This document shows, one piece after another, positions 49,810 through 62,000 of a stretch of DNA of 62,000 nt. The number at the start of each line of letters is the position of its first letter. Within the stretch, counting starts at the first letter, position 1. The position numbers and the translations under genes are program-made. The stretch comes from Squalus acanthias (taxonomy: Eukaryota), in NCBI GenBank assembly GCA_030390025.1, contig JASTWF010000341.1, positions 186,001 to 248,000 of the forward strand, in the 5' to 3' direction. Under the pieces are notes generated by a model that was not told the DNA's origin, made no database searches, and saw only the letters and a program-made list of their open reading frames with translations.

Positions 49810-51676
49810 TTGATAAAGAAAGGGAAAATAGAATGAGAGTAAACTAGCGAGAGACATAAAAACAGACTAAAAGCTTCTATAGGTATGTAAAAAGGAAAAG
49901 ATTAGCAAAAGTACATGTGGGTCCCTTACAGGTTGAGACAGGAGAAATTATAATGGGGAATAAGGAAATGGAAGAGAAATTAAACAAATACTTTGTGCCT
50001 GTCTTCACTAAAGAAGATGCAAAAAACTTGCCGGAAATAGTGGAGAACCAAGGGTCTAGTGAGAATGAGGAACTGAAAGAAATTAGTATTAGTAAAAAAA
50101 TAGTACTGGAGAAATTAATGGGACTGAAAGAAAATAAATCCCCTGGACCTGATGGCCTACGTCTAGGGTTTTGAAAGAGGTGGCTATAGAGATAGTGGAT
50201 GCATTGGTTGTCATTTTCTAAAATTCCACAGATTCTAGAATTGTTCCCGTGATTGGAAGGTAGCAAATGTAACCCCACTATTTAAGAAAGGAGGGAGAGA
50301 GACAACGGGGAACTACAGACCAGTTAGCCTGACATCAGTACTAGGGAAAATGCTAGAATCTATTATTAAGAACGTGGTAACAGGGCACTTAGAAAATAAT
50401 AATAGGATTGGGCAGAGTCAATACGGATTTATGAAAGGGAAATCGTGTTTGACAAATCTGTTAGAGTTTTTTGAGGTTGTAACTAGCAGAATAGATAAGG
50501 GGGAACCAGTGGGTGTATTTGGATTTTCAGAAGGCATTCAATAAGGTGCCAATAGGGCTCATGGGATTGGGGGTAATATACTAGCATGGATTGAGGATTG
50601 GTTAACGGACAGAAAACAGAGAGTAGGAATAAACGGGTCATTTCAGGTTGGCAGGCAGTAACTAGTGGGGATCAGTGCTTGGGCCTCAGCTATTCACAAT
50701 CTATATCAATGATTTGGATGAGGGGACCAAATGTAATATATCCAAGTTTGCTCATGATACAAAGCTGGGTGGGAATGTAAGTTGTGAGGAGGATGCAAAG
50801 AGGCTTCAAGGGGATATAGACAAGCTAAGTGAGTGGGCAAGAACATGGCAAATGGAATATGATGTGGAGAAATGTGAAGTTATCCACTTTGGTGGGAAAA
50901 ATAGAAAAGCAGAGTATTTTTTAAATGGTGAGAGATTGGGAAATGTTAGTGTTCAGAAGGACCTGGGTGTCCTTGTACACGAATCACTGAAAGTTAACAT
51001 GCAGGTACAGCAAGCAATTAGGAAAGCAAATGGTATGTTGGCCTTTATTACAAGAGGATTTGAGTTTAAGAGTAAAAACGTCTTACTGCAATTATATAGG
51101 GCCCTGGTGAGACCACACCTGGAGTATTGTGTACAGTTTTGGTCTCCTTACCTAAGGAAGGATATACTTGCCACAGAGGGAGTGCAACGAAGGTTCACCA
51201 GACTGATTCCTGGGATGGGGGGATTGTCCCATGAGGAGAGATTGAGTAGACTAGGCCTATATTCTCTAGAGTTTAGAAGAATGAGAGGTGATCTCATTGA
51301 AACATAAAAAATTCTTACAGGCCTTTACAGGGTAGATGCAGGTAGGATGTTTCCCCTGGCTGGGGAGTCTAGAACCAGGGGTCACAGTCTCAGAATAAGG
51401 GGTCGGCCGTTTAGGACTAGATGAGGAGAAATTTCTTCACTCAGAGGGTGGTGAATCTTTGGAATTCTCTACCCCACAGGGCTGTGGAGGCTCAGTCGTT
51501 GAGTATATTCAAGGCAGAGATCGATAGATTTTTGGATATTAAGGGAATCAAGGGATATGGGGATAGTGCAGGAAGGTGGAGGTTGAGGTAGAAGATCAGC
51601 CATGATCTTGTTGAATGGCGGAGCAGGATCGAGGGGCCAAATGGCCTACTCCTGCTCCTATTTCTTATGTTCTTAT
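49810..51676 (+). mobile_element. 5'-truncated CR1 LINE with disrupted ORF2 (reverse transcriptase)
   Basis: ORF fragments KSPGPDG, FMKGKSCLTNLLEFFE, SKFAHDTKL and LVRPHLEYCVQFWSP; frameshifts; 3' tail CCTACTCCTGCTCCTATTTCTTATGTTCTTAT. Confidence 0.95.
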
Positions 51677-54336
51677 AATTATGTAAATGAGGGAAATACT
51701 TCGGCTAACATATTTTCTGACATTTGCGCCACACTAAATGCCAGGATTTCTGTGTGTCCCTGGCATCCAGTTTTTCTGTGATAGTTGTGGGGAGGGGCAC
51801 TTAATTTTTTTAATTCAGAAGTCCTGTGCAACTGATCGCAGAGCAAGGCTTGCTACAGCAAATCTCTGCCTTAATCCAGCAGAACTCACTGGTGGTGGCT
51901 GTGGAGCCTGCCAAAAATATGTTAATGATCCCAAGACTAAACGATCAGCAAGGTTCAGGCACACTGCTTTGCGGAAGGCGGAAGTCCTGATGCACCAGAG
52001 ATGGGCCTCGATTCAATGGAAGGAGAAAACGTGGGCCACTGTGCCACAACCACTCAATTCTTCAACCTACGATCTGTTTGCTTTTGCCTCTTGAATGATT
52101 GACATTGTGGTTAAAGACTGTTTTGCTCTGCCTTCAGAATTCAGGAATCAGTTGCATAGTCTCCAAAATGTTTTAAAACATACATACTTATCATTTAGAC
52201 AAATGGTCGAGATTGGTAACTGACAGCAAAGGAATTTGACTCTACACGTGCTGGTGGATCAGGCTCAGTGACAGTAACTATGCACTTGAACACTGTAACT
52301 TGAATTTCCACCTGTCATCACAATGTATTTTGATGTTAACCATTGCCTGCAAGAAATGCTCCAACACCCCTTGAAAGGCTAATGATTGAAACTTGGAGAT
52401 TGTTAAAATCATTCGAAATGTGACTGATCTATTTTGGCATCGGTTTCCAATTTTCAAAGGGTTGTCCGCTTGCTATGTGATTGTGTGGCATGCTGGATTA
52501 CAAATGCCAGGCTGCAGGCAGGCGTGGATGCTATTGAAGATGTATACAGATGCACACGAAATGCTACTTACCCAGTTGGAGCTCTCAGTAATGAATTGTA
52601 AAACCCAGCACCCTTTTCTAAACACCCCCATCAGTTTGCACAACAGAAGTGATCACTGATTAAAGGCAGAAGCTCAGGTTCTTAGTCAGGACTAAATATC
52701 AAAGGTCAGATACAAGAGTGCTTGGTATTTAGTGCGCATGACATGCTGAGTAAATTATTTACAAATGCTGGTGAATGAAGGCCACCTGCTCAGGTAATCC
52801 ATATTTAATTTCCTTTATACCTGCCAAACTATCAACTGCATCGCCATTCTATTCCGACATGCTGAAACATACATTACCCTTGCTGTGACTGTTTGCAGAC
52901 CAATATTCTCCACAGCGACCCCAGAGTCAAACTACACTAACCCCTTTCAATTTAAGTAGCTGAGGTTTTTCTACATTGCACTGCTCACAGACTAAACTCA
53001 ATCAATTTTCAGAGGACCGCAAGGTGGTATCTGATGAGCAAAGAATCAATACCTAGCGTGCTCTTAGCTATACCCTAGAGCTGCAGGTTGGCTAGGACCA
53101 GAAAGCATGGTCCAGCTAGCTCAGAGGCCCACCAATCAATCAAGCCTGCCAGATCATATATTTTAGTGTAAATTATTACTGACCACACAATCACCTGCTA
53201 GCTGCATTGATAACTTAATTCATTCTGTAATAGTGCGTTAGTATGCCTTCGCAGCAACTATCTCAAGGCTGGCCAGGTAATTGCTTCAGCTTGCTGTATT
53301 TGAATGCTCACTCACACACACTAGGAGCTTTCTGTGCAAAGCCCATCAGCGGGATACATTGTAAAGTCAAGAAAAATATACTTAAGACAATGCCTAGTTA
53401 GCCGCCGAGAGTCAATAAATCAAGAATCAAGAAATGCGACTCTCATGGGTAACCCGCAGCCAACAGCTCAATCTGTCTTTTCCAACACTGCAGAAATAAC
53501 TGGTGACCTTTCAGTTCAAGTCTGCACTCTGTCATATTTCTAACCACTGTCCAAGGACCAACTTCAATTCAAGTTAAAGAGAGCAATATATAAAAAGGCT
53601 CATGATTTGAACAGTCGTAAGTGTGGCAGTTCAGACTCAAACGCTTTAGACAGAAATATTATTTGGCTTCACAGTTGTTCAAAAATGCTGTCATTTTATC
53701 GCAGTTGTGTCTGGGGCACACAGCCTTGCATGGAAAAAATGATCCTCACAGGAGACATCAGTCAGCAGGGTAGTTCATCGTTATCATGTTGAGACTTATC
53801 TACGAGAATGACTAACTTCTCTGCAAAACTTTTGCTATTTGATTGCAAGCAACAATGACAGTGGCCCTTGCTCCCTTCACATAATCATTTTTTGTTCCTT
53901 CACAACTTTCCAGACCTTGAGACAATGTAGTGCACTGAAGGTACTCAGTACTGCAATAGCTCCAACAAATATGAACAAATCTTTGCTCTGCCATGGTATT
54001 ATGCAGAGATTGCCCTTGACTCCATCAGAGAAAGCTATCATGCCACAAAGGACACTGCACTCAAAGTGACTTTGACACGCAGAATAACCAAACAGTCTTC
54101 ACAAATCAGCAGTGTAATACCAGAATTACATCGTAATATCCATATTCCCAACAATAATTATTATACGAGAGTTTCATTAGGTTTTAGACTAACATCAGAA
54201 GTCTCAATAGTAATAGAAGCGCTTTTATATCAAAGAGATTAAAAAAGGTAAAACGTATCCACCATTTATTGAAAAATTTCACATGCAGAAAGCTTCAGCT
54301 TAATTACCTTGGTAGGTAGTGTTTAAAATGTACTAA

Positions 54337-54916
54337 CCCTAATTTTAATCCTGCACACCTGGCGGGAACAGTGCATGTGTGGGGGTTTAAATCGAGTTTG
54401 TGAACGTACCACACCGTTCCTGAACTGTTTATACCAGCTGCCATTTTAACCTCCGATTATATTTTGCATTGGGACAGGGACCCACCCCAGGCAAGTGGGG
54501 GCCTAATTGCAATGTAAAAGGCATGCTCTGATGACATCATGTGGACCCGCACATGATTTTAACTGAACGTCGACGAAGCCCTGCTCAATCCTGGAGCCAC
54601 CAGTTAACCTGGCGGCAGACAGGATCGTGGCCAGAAGTAGTCCAGGTAAATTCTTTTTTTAAAAAAGGTTTCCTTGTGGCGCCTCACAGCCCCTCAGATC
54701 GACTTACCTCACTGCCGAAGACCGTCCCCTCAGGTTCCCAGCAGCGGTCTCCTGCTACCCGAAATCCTGTTCACGCCCTCCGACCTCCACATCCAATCAT
54801 TTAAATGAAACTTATGAGCTAAATTCTCCCAGGCCTCACGCTGCGGGGGTGGACGGAGAGATTGCCACATGCATTGGCCCCCACACACTGCACTTCCGCC
54901 CAGGTTAAAACCAGGC
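54337..54916. mobile_element. Non-autonomous DNA transposon (probably PIF/Harbinger-derived) with imperfect terminal inverted repeats
   Basis: Left end CCTAATTTTAATCCTG...GGCGGGAACAGTGCATGTGTGGGGG matches the reverse complement of the right end, CCTGGTTTTAACCTGGGCGGAAGTGCAGTGTGTGGGG; GC-richer than its flanks. Confidence 0.55.
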
Positions 54917-56182
54917 TGCTGTTTCTAAATTTAACTAGCTATTTGCAGATAAAGAGACTATCTATCTGGTCCTTCAGCCTCTAACACAGGACAGTATGTT
55001 AACCAATATAAGCCATCATAGCTTAAAATCATTTTAATTTCATGATTTACATCTGGCCTTAAGACAACCTTGTCTTATAGCCTGAAAGAAATGTTTTATT
55101 TTTTGTGAATTATCTGGACATGTTGCCAGACAACTGAGACACAACTATAGCCTAGTACATTTAACTCCAAACAATTTCAATTTTATTTTGTTGCAGGGAC
55201 AGTTAGTAATTAACATAACATTAATCATGGAAAAATGCAGTGAACTGTTTTTACCTCATTGTGAATCTCTTCTGTTTGTCTCACAAAAGCAAGTTCCAAT
55301 GAAGTCAGGGAGGAAATGCCCAACACTGGATCCTTTTGCAGGTTTTTCGTGGCTACGTCACAGCGTCCAAAAATATAGTCCAAGGTACCAAGTGAACACT
55401 GTAAAACACATAGTTTGAATGTATATTAACTAGGTAGCCACATACAACCTACTAGGGGTCTGAGAAAAACATGGAATTCATTTGTAATTTGGTTGTTCTG
55501 GTTCTCCTGATTTCAAAATGGATTACATTGTAGAATCATCATTTGTCCAGAAGACATTATTACTGCATACACAGAAATCATTATCTGGAAAAATATTACA
55601 TCAGAAAACCAAAACTTGGAAGACATGAAACATCTTCAAGAATAAAACCAGCATATGAACTCTGGCAATTTTTTTGTAATTCAGTATTATGTGTTATGCA
55701 CAAGTAATGTTATTTGTTCTGTTTGATCATGAGCATTAAAACTGTTCAGATCGAAACATTGCTATTTAATTTTAAATACTTACATTATTTTACAAACTTT
55801 TTTGTTCATGTACTAAGATGTGCTGCTGAATTCAGTTAAATATATAACTAGTATGTTATGAAATATTATCCCACTTGTGTGTCTGACATTAAATCGTGCA
55901 TGTGTAAATTTTCTCTTACTGAACATCGAGACCGAAGCCATTGTTTTCGGCCTCTGCCATAATTTCCTGTTTCCATCTACCTCTCTGACCATTTACTCAG
56001 CCTGAATCAGAAATTAAGGCTGTGCAAAACCCTGGCGTACTGTTTAATCCAGAGTTGAGTTTCAAATCTCACATCCTATCAATCACCAAAAAGGCTTAAT
56101 TTCATCCACTTCTGCAACATCACCCACCTCCAATCTCACCACAAAAACTCTTATCCACACTTTTGCCACCTTTAAACTTGAT

Positions 56183-56490
56183 GGGCTCAATTTTGCCAGG
56201 CCCGAGGAGGCGGGAATGGAGGCGTGTGGGGTGTTAAAATTGCAAAAAATGGCAGACGGGCCCGACCCCGCCTCCGAACAATTTTCCCAAATGCGTGGTT
56301 TCTGATCCCGTCTCCAAGAGGCAGGATAGGCCCTTAACAACCAATTAATTGCCTCTATAATCCCATTTTAAGAGGCCTTTCTGATTTTAACACTTTTCGG
56401 ACGTGATGCACGCCTCCTCTGAAACACGACGGTGAAACCTGGCGGGAGCACACTTGGCTTGCTGACTATCAGTTGCAGGTCCACCATTAA
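56183..56490. mobile_element. GC-rich DNA-transposon fragment (Harbinger-like end GGGCTCAATTTT) inserted in the L2
   Basis: Abrupt switch from L2 sequence to a GGGCTCAATTTTG...GGCGGG...GTTAAAAT...CCCGCC tract similar to 54.3 and 58.0 kb. Confidence 0.55.
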
Positions 56491-56721
56491 GAATGAGATT
56501 TGAATCTTCTTCTTCTTCCTCCTCCTCCCTCTCACAGCAAAGGCCAAAACCATCACAATGAATTTTAAATCCTCGCCCTCATCTACAAAACCCTTCATAC
56601 CTTTAACTCACACGATCTCTGCAGTCTTACACTCCCTCTCACACCTTCAGTCTTCAGACTCTGGACTTTTGTGCATCCCCTCTCCCCTTTGCCCAAACAT
56701 TCAAGAGCCTGCAAGCACTTT

Positions 56722-57593
56722 GACATAGGAAATGGAGTAGGCCATTGAGCCCCTCGAGCCTGTTCTGTCTGTGACCTAACTCCATATACCCGCCTTTGGC
56801 CCATATCCCTTAATAACTTTCGTTAACAAAAAGCTATCAATCTCGGATTTAAAATTAACAATTGATCTAGCATCAATTGCCATTTGTGGAAGAGAGTTCC
56901 AAACTTCTACCACCCTTTGTGTGTAGAAGTGTTTCCTAATTTCACTACTGAAAGGTCTGGCTCTAATTTTTAGACTATGCCCCCAGTCTTAGAATCCCCA
57001 CCCAGCGGACGTAGTTTCTCTTTATCTACCCTATCTGTTCCCCTTAATATCTTGAAAACTTCGATCAGATCACCCCTTAACCGTCTAAATTTTGGGAATA
57101 CAACCCAAATTTGTGTAATCTCTCCTTGTAACTTAACCCTTGGAGTCCGGGTATCATTCTGGTAAATCTACGCTGCACTCCCTCCAAGGCCGATACATCC
57201 TTCTTAAGGTGTGGTGCCCAGAACTGCTCACAGTACTCCAGGTGTGGTCTAACCATGGCTTTGTATAGCTGCAACATAACTTCTACCCCCTTGTATTCTA
57301 GTCCTCTAGATATAAAAGCCAGCATTCCATTAGTCTTTTTACTTATTTTCTGTATCTATTCATGACATTTTAATGATCTATGTACCTGAACCCCCAAGTC
57401 TTTTTGGACCGCCACTGTTTTTAGCTTTTCACCATTTAGAAAGTACCCTGTACTATCTTTTTTAGGTCCAAAGTGGATGACCTCACATTTGCCTACATTG
57501 AAATCCATTTGCCACAGTTTTGCCCATTCACTTAATTTGTCGATATCCCTTTGTAATTTTATGCTCTCATCTACACTTCCTGCAATACCACCT
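56722..57593 (-). mobile_element. 5'-truncated CR1 LINE, antisense, nested in the L2
   Basis: ORF 57077..57325 LAFISRGLEYK...VRPHLEYCEQFWAPHL; reverse-complement 3' end ATAGGAAATGGAGTAGGCCATTGAGCCCCTCGAGCC. Confidence 0.93.
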
Positions 57594-59418
57594 GCTCTCT
57601 GGAATGCCCTCTCTAAACCCCTCCACCTCTCTACTCTCCATACCTTTAAAAGTCTTCTTAAAACCCATTTATGTTAGCAAGGCTTTCAGTCACTTCTCCT
57701 AATTTTCCCATCATGGCTCGACTTCCGTTCCTTTTTATTTTTCCTTCTGTGAAGTGCCTTCGGAGACTTTTCTATGCTAGAGGTGCTATATAAATGCAAG
57801 CTGTTGGGTGGGGACAGCAGAATAATTATCAAGAATCTCATCCAATGACTGAGACTCAATTTAGGATGTTGGATCCTCATCTTTTTCGTACGTACCTCAC
57901 CATGATTTACCCGATTATTTGCAGATGCTGAATTTTTCAATGCATGGCAGAACAGCAAATGCATCAACTTGCATTTTTATAGTGCCTTTATCGTAGAACG
58001 CATACTAAGGTCGCGATTTTCTGATTGGAGGCGGGTTGGCATCGGGAACGGTAGTCGGCGGGTTCCGGTCCTGCTGCCGGCACCAGCTGGCCTGCTGACC
58101 CAAGTTTAGGTTAATTGGGCTAGTTAAGCCCGCTGTGTGGGTTACCTGCCCTGATCACAAAATACGTGTCTGTTGAGCTGATATGCTGATGCGTTTTCAG
58201 CCGGTGCATTTAAGGGGGCCATTTCACAATTAGATCTCAGGTCGTTTCTGGTGCTTCTGACTGCTGCTTCTCACCAAGACGTCTGCAGAGAAACAGAAGG
58301 CAGCTCCCTGCTTCAACGAAGACTCCCTCCATGTTCTTGTGGAGGGAGTCAGAGGACGTCGGGAGGTCCTATACCCAGGTGATGGAAGAAGGAAACCTCC
58401 TCAGCAGACAAAGGCGGCCTGGCTGCAAATAGCCGAGAAGGTCAGTGCCAGGTCTGTGTACAGACGCACCTGGGTCCAATGCAGGAAAAGGTTCAATGAT
58501 CTCCTGCACTCTGGAAAAGGTGAGTATAAAAGCACACTTACCTTAATTCTGCTGTGCCTGTCATCACATCCCCATCACTCTGCATTGCTAACCCTACTCC
58601 TGCACATCCTAACTCAACCCAATATCCCTTGCACCATCCCCTATCCTTCTTTCCCTTTGCACAAAATCACTTCCCCATCTTACTACGCGCCCCTCACACC
58701 CACCCTCAAGGTTATGCACTGACAACAACTTACAACTCAAAAGGAGGGAACTTCGTAATGGGAACCGACTCCATCACAGTCTCCCTCTAAACATCTATCC
58801 TATCCATTCTTTACACGCATTCCATCACTCTCACTGAAACTCCACTTCTTTCCCTCATTGCAGGAAAAGAGAGGCCACAATAAGAGGGAGAGGGAGAGAA
58901 CAGGAGGAGGACCACCATCCTTATCACAGCTGACCAACACTGAGGAGGCCGCTCTGGACATTGTGGGATCAGTGGAATAGGTCGAAGTGGGGGATGGAGA
59001 GATGGGCTCAGTTGAACAACCTGGTGACAGAATGCTTCTCCATCCATCTTATTTGGCTTTCATGAGTGACACATATGGCATCTGCTGTCAATAGAAATTG
59101 AATGCTCATCATGTGCACAATGGGATGTGTCTGCAATCTACATATCACATATCGAGCTCATGTCTTTACTCTCCCACAGGACCAGCAAGAGCCTCCCTCC
59201 CTACTGTCCAGGAGGAAGAGCAGGAGGACTCCTCAGAGAATGCTGCATCCTCTGAGGGAGCAGCGTCAACACAAATGCGTGCACCCAGCACCAGCGCAGA
59301 GACACAAACCTCGGTGGATTGTTTGCGAGATAGAGTAGTTTTGTCACCTGGTGTATCACAACACATGAGTGAGCAAGAGCAGATGGTGGAGACAGGGACA
59401 GCAGTGGAGAGTCCTCGT

Positions 59419-60908
59419 CTATAGACTCTGGAACAGTTCCCATGGATTGGAGGGTAGCTAATGTAACCCCACTATTTAAAAAAGGTGGTAGAGAGAAAAC
59501 GGGGGATTATAGACCGGTAAGCCTGACATCGGTAGTGGGGAAAATGCTAGAGTCCATTATAAAAGATGTAATAGCAGAGCACTTGGAAAACAGTGACAGG
59601 ATCGGACAAAGTCAACATAGATTTACAAAAGGTAAGTCATGCTTGACTAACCTACTGGAATTTTTTGAGGATGTAACTGGTAGAATAGATAAGGGAGAAC
59701 CAGTGGATGTGGTGTATTTGGACTTTCAGAAGGCTTTCGATAAGGTCCCGCATAAGAGATTAGCGTGCAAAGTTAAAGCACATAGGATTGGGGGTAAGGT
59801 ACTGACTTGGATAGAGAACTGGTTGGTAGACAGGAAGCAAAGAGTTGGAATAAACGGGTCTTTTTCCGAGTGGCAGGCAGTGACTAGTGGGGTACCGCAG
59901 GGATCGGTGCTAGGACCCCAGCTATTCACAATATATATTAATGATCTAGATGAGGGAACTAGATGTAATATCTCCAAGTTTGCAGACGACACAAAGCTGG
60001 GTGGGCGTGTGTGCTGTGAGGAGGATGCAGAGAAACTCCAGTATGATTTGGACAGGTTGGGTGATTGGGCAGATGCATGGCAGATGCAGTATAATGTGGA
60101 TAAATGCGAGGTTATCCACTTTGGTGGCAAAAACAGGAAGACAGATTATTATCTGAACGGCAATAGATTGGGAAAAGGGGAAGTGCAACAAGACCTGCGT
60201 GTCCTTGTGCACCAGTCGCTGAAGGTAAGCATGCAGGTGCAGCAGGCGGTTAAGAAGGCAAATGGTATGTTGGCCTTCATAGCGAGAGGATTCAAGTACA
60301 GGAGTAAGGATGTCTTGCTGCAGTTGTACAGGGCCTTGGTGAGACCACACCTTGAGTATTGTGTGCAGTTTTGGTCGCCTTATCTGAGGAAGGATGTTCT
60401 TGCCATGGAGGGAGTGCAGCGAAGATTCACCAGACTGATACCTGGGATGGCAGGAATGACGTATGAAGAGAGATTGGGTCGATTAGGCTTATATTCGCGA
60501 GAGTTTAGAAGAATAAGAGGAGATCTCATTGAAACTTATAAAATTCTAACAGGACTAGACAGACTAGATGCAGGAAGGATGTTCCCGATGGCGGGGGAGT
60601 CCAGAACCAGGGGTCTAATGATAAGGGGTAGGCCATTTAGGACTGAGATGAGAAGGAATTTCTTCACCCAGAGAGTGGTGAACCTGTGGAATTCTCTACC
60701 ACAGAAGGCAGTTGAGGCCAATTCATTAAATATATTCAAGGAGGGGTTAGATATATTTCTTAAGGCTAAAGGGATCAAGGGATATGAGGAGAAAGTAGGG
60801 ACAGGGTACTGAATTTGGATGATCAGCCGTGATCTCATTGAATGGCGGAAGAGGCTCGAGGGGCCAAGTGGCCTACTCCTGCTCCTATCTTCTATGTTTT
60901 TATGTTTC
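59419..60908 (+). mobile_element. Young 5'-truncated CR1 LINE inserted in the Myb/SANT gene
   Basis: Begins at SIDSGTVPMDWRVANVTP and ends with the tail TCTATGTTTTTATGTTTCTA; TCTA is present at both junctions. Confidence 0.95.
59442..60812 (+). CDS. CR1 ORF2 reverse transcriptase, C-terminal 456 aa, uninterrupted (endonuclease domain absent)
   Basis: YRPVSLTS, YLDFQKAFDKVPH, GVPQGSVLGP, SKFADDTKL; open to the natural stop. Confidence 0.85.
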   Translation: MDWRVANVTPLFKKGGREKTGDYRPVSLTSVVGKMLESIIKDVIAEHLENSDRIGQSQHRFTKGKSCLTNLLEFFEDVTGRIDKGEPVDVVYLDFQKAFDKVPHKRLACKVKAHRIGGKVLTWIENWLVDRKQRVGINGSFSEWQAVTSGVPQGSVLGPQLFTIYINDLDEGTRCNISKFADDTKLGGRVCCEEDAEKLQYDLDRLGDWADAWQMQYNVDKCEVIHFGGKNRKTDYYLNGNRLGKGEVQQDLRVLVHQSLKVSMQVQQAVKKANGMLAFIARGFKYRSKDVLLQLYRALVRPHLEYCVQFWSPYLRKDVLAMEGVQRRFTRLIPGMAGMTYEERLGRLGLYSREFRRIRGDLIETYKILTGLDRLDAGRMFPMAGESRTRGLMIRGRPFRTEMRRNFFTQRVVNLWNSLPQKAVEANSLNIFKEGLDIFLKAKGIKGYEEKVGTGY

Positions 60909-62000
60909 TAGGATGCTCCTAGCTCTGCTCAGCTGCATGTCGATGCTGAGCCTCAGGAGCCATCCAGAAAGAGAACAGTGCTGGAGTTTCAGGAAGAAGT
61001 GCAGGAGGCTCTAACTGGGTTTGCAACCACAGTGACTCCAAGTGTGCAGAGAATGGAGGAGTCCATCTCCAACATGAGCAATGCCGTGGTGCACGCAATG
61101 GCAAATGTAGGTCCCACCATGGAAAGGATGGCAACCTCCATGGAGGACATAAATCGGCAGACTCAAATGAACATGGTGACTCTTCTAAACAGATGGTCAG
61201 CTATGGAGGATAGATGGACATCTATCGTGGAGAGGAACCAGAGGTCCATGGACGTCCCCGTTATGAGGACTGTCAGTACAGAGACGGGTCCTCATGGCCC
61301 CACTGATGTGCAGCAAGGTGCTCTCTAGCTACTTGCTAGCAAAAAAGTTCGGGTGGCCCATGAGAGGGATGATGGTGGGAGGCAACATGCAAGTGGGGGC
61401 TCCTCTCCACGCACTCAAACTTCCATCCCCTTGCCAACCCCTCCGTCAGAGCCCCAGATGACTGCCTGAGTAGTGATGGCCGAGTCTGCCCCTGTGCAGG
61501 AGGAGCAGACTTTGGCGGGGCCTTCAAAGGCTCCAAAACCCAGAGGACAACCGTCAAAGGCGTAGCAGGGAAGTGAGCAGGCTGTCTCTACATTTGCTGA
61601 AGCCACAGGGGTAGCACAACGTAGAAGCACGCATAAGAGAAAGCTGACACATAAATGATCACAAGGGTACTCACTTGGGTGTTCTGATAGAATTCAATGT
61701 TAAGTTTCTGTTCTTTTATTATGTTGGAATAAATTAATGTTGTATGAACATTTGACATCGTTGCCATTTGTGTGCTCACAATTTGAGGTGGCACAGTGAT
61801 GGGTGAGGGCGCCTTTTATGTCCAGCAATGCAGATGACAGTGGATATAGAGTTAACACCACACACTTACAGCTTCAAGTCAGAATGTGTCTCCCAAATCA
61901 TTAAATCAGCAACCTCTGACATTTGAAATTGAGCAGATTTGAGAGTGCAGCTTTGAGACTCCAGTTGCAGCTGTGAAGTTTCCAGCTCGTTGGTCGTCCC

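Larger units (their letters stand above)
55910..57806 (+). mobile_element. Old L2 LINE 3' portion split by nested insertions
   Basis: Degenerate L2 ORF2 peptides (TEAIVFG, PGVLFNPELSFKSHI, TLIHTFATFKLD, LWNALSKPLH) and tail GTGAAGTGCCTT...GGTGCTATATAAATGCAAGCTGTTG. Confidence 0.75.
58279..61657 (+). pseudogene. Harbinger Myb/SANT-like DNA-binding protein gene, disrupted (exons 58279-58519, 58864-59023, 59180-~59418 plus ~60909-61657)
   Basis: Myb/SANT-like domain ...AWLQIAEKVSA...RTWVQCRKRFNDL; exon 2 KRERERTGGGPP; basic end RRSTHKRK*. Start is ACG instead of ATG, there is a +1 frameshift at the end of exon 1, a stop in exon 2, and a CR1 inserted in exon 3. Confidence 0.85.
58008..62000 (+). 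mobile_element. PIF/Harbinger-type DNA transposon remnant (Myb/SANT gene side); may continue past the window
   Basis: GC-rich terminus from ~58008 that truncates an antisense L2-type tail, followed by a Myb/SANT gene. No transposase or second TIR was seen in the window. Confidence 0.65.

Noticed and set aside
51738..53800. ORFs 51738, 52393, 53334 and 53607
   Set aside because: No protein-like motifs; probably chance ORFs in degraded repeats.
59726..60838. Antisense and alternative-frame ORFs over the CR1
   Set aside because: Typical shadow ORFs of CR1 ORF2.

Overview
Eukaryotic vertebrate DNA, most likely from a cartilaginous fish (inferred from the CR1, L2, SINE and palindromic repeat types). 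Bases 1-35925 are a tandem array of a 25-bp unit (TTAGTTTTACTGTCGATCCTCAGCA, about 1,440 copies) with nested higher-order duplications, including an apparently exact 10,719-bp tandem duplication. From the array edge to about 45.6 kb I could splice by hand about 23 minus-strand exons (~3.7 kb, ~1,250 codons) of a decayed gene with unusually short introns. Most junctions are phase-compatible, but there are >30 stops, a few frameshifts and several broken splice sites. I cannot name the protein. Its last visible exon reads straight into the satellite through a 7-bp microhomology spaced 25 bp apart, which suggests the satellite was born inside this exon. At 46.2-48.7 kb there are inverted and paralogous exon fragments. 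The rest is TE-rich: three large CR1 copies, an L2 carrying nested insertions, non-autonomous DNA elements, and a PIF/Harbinger Myb/SANT gene interrupted by a young CR1. All coordinates and translations were done by hand, so TE boundaries are approximate.
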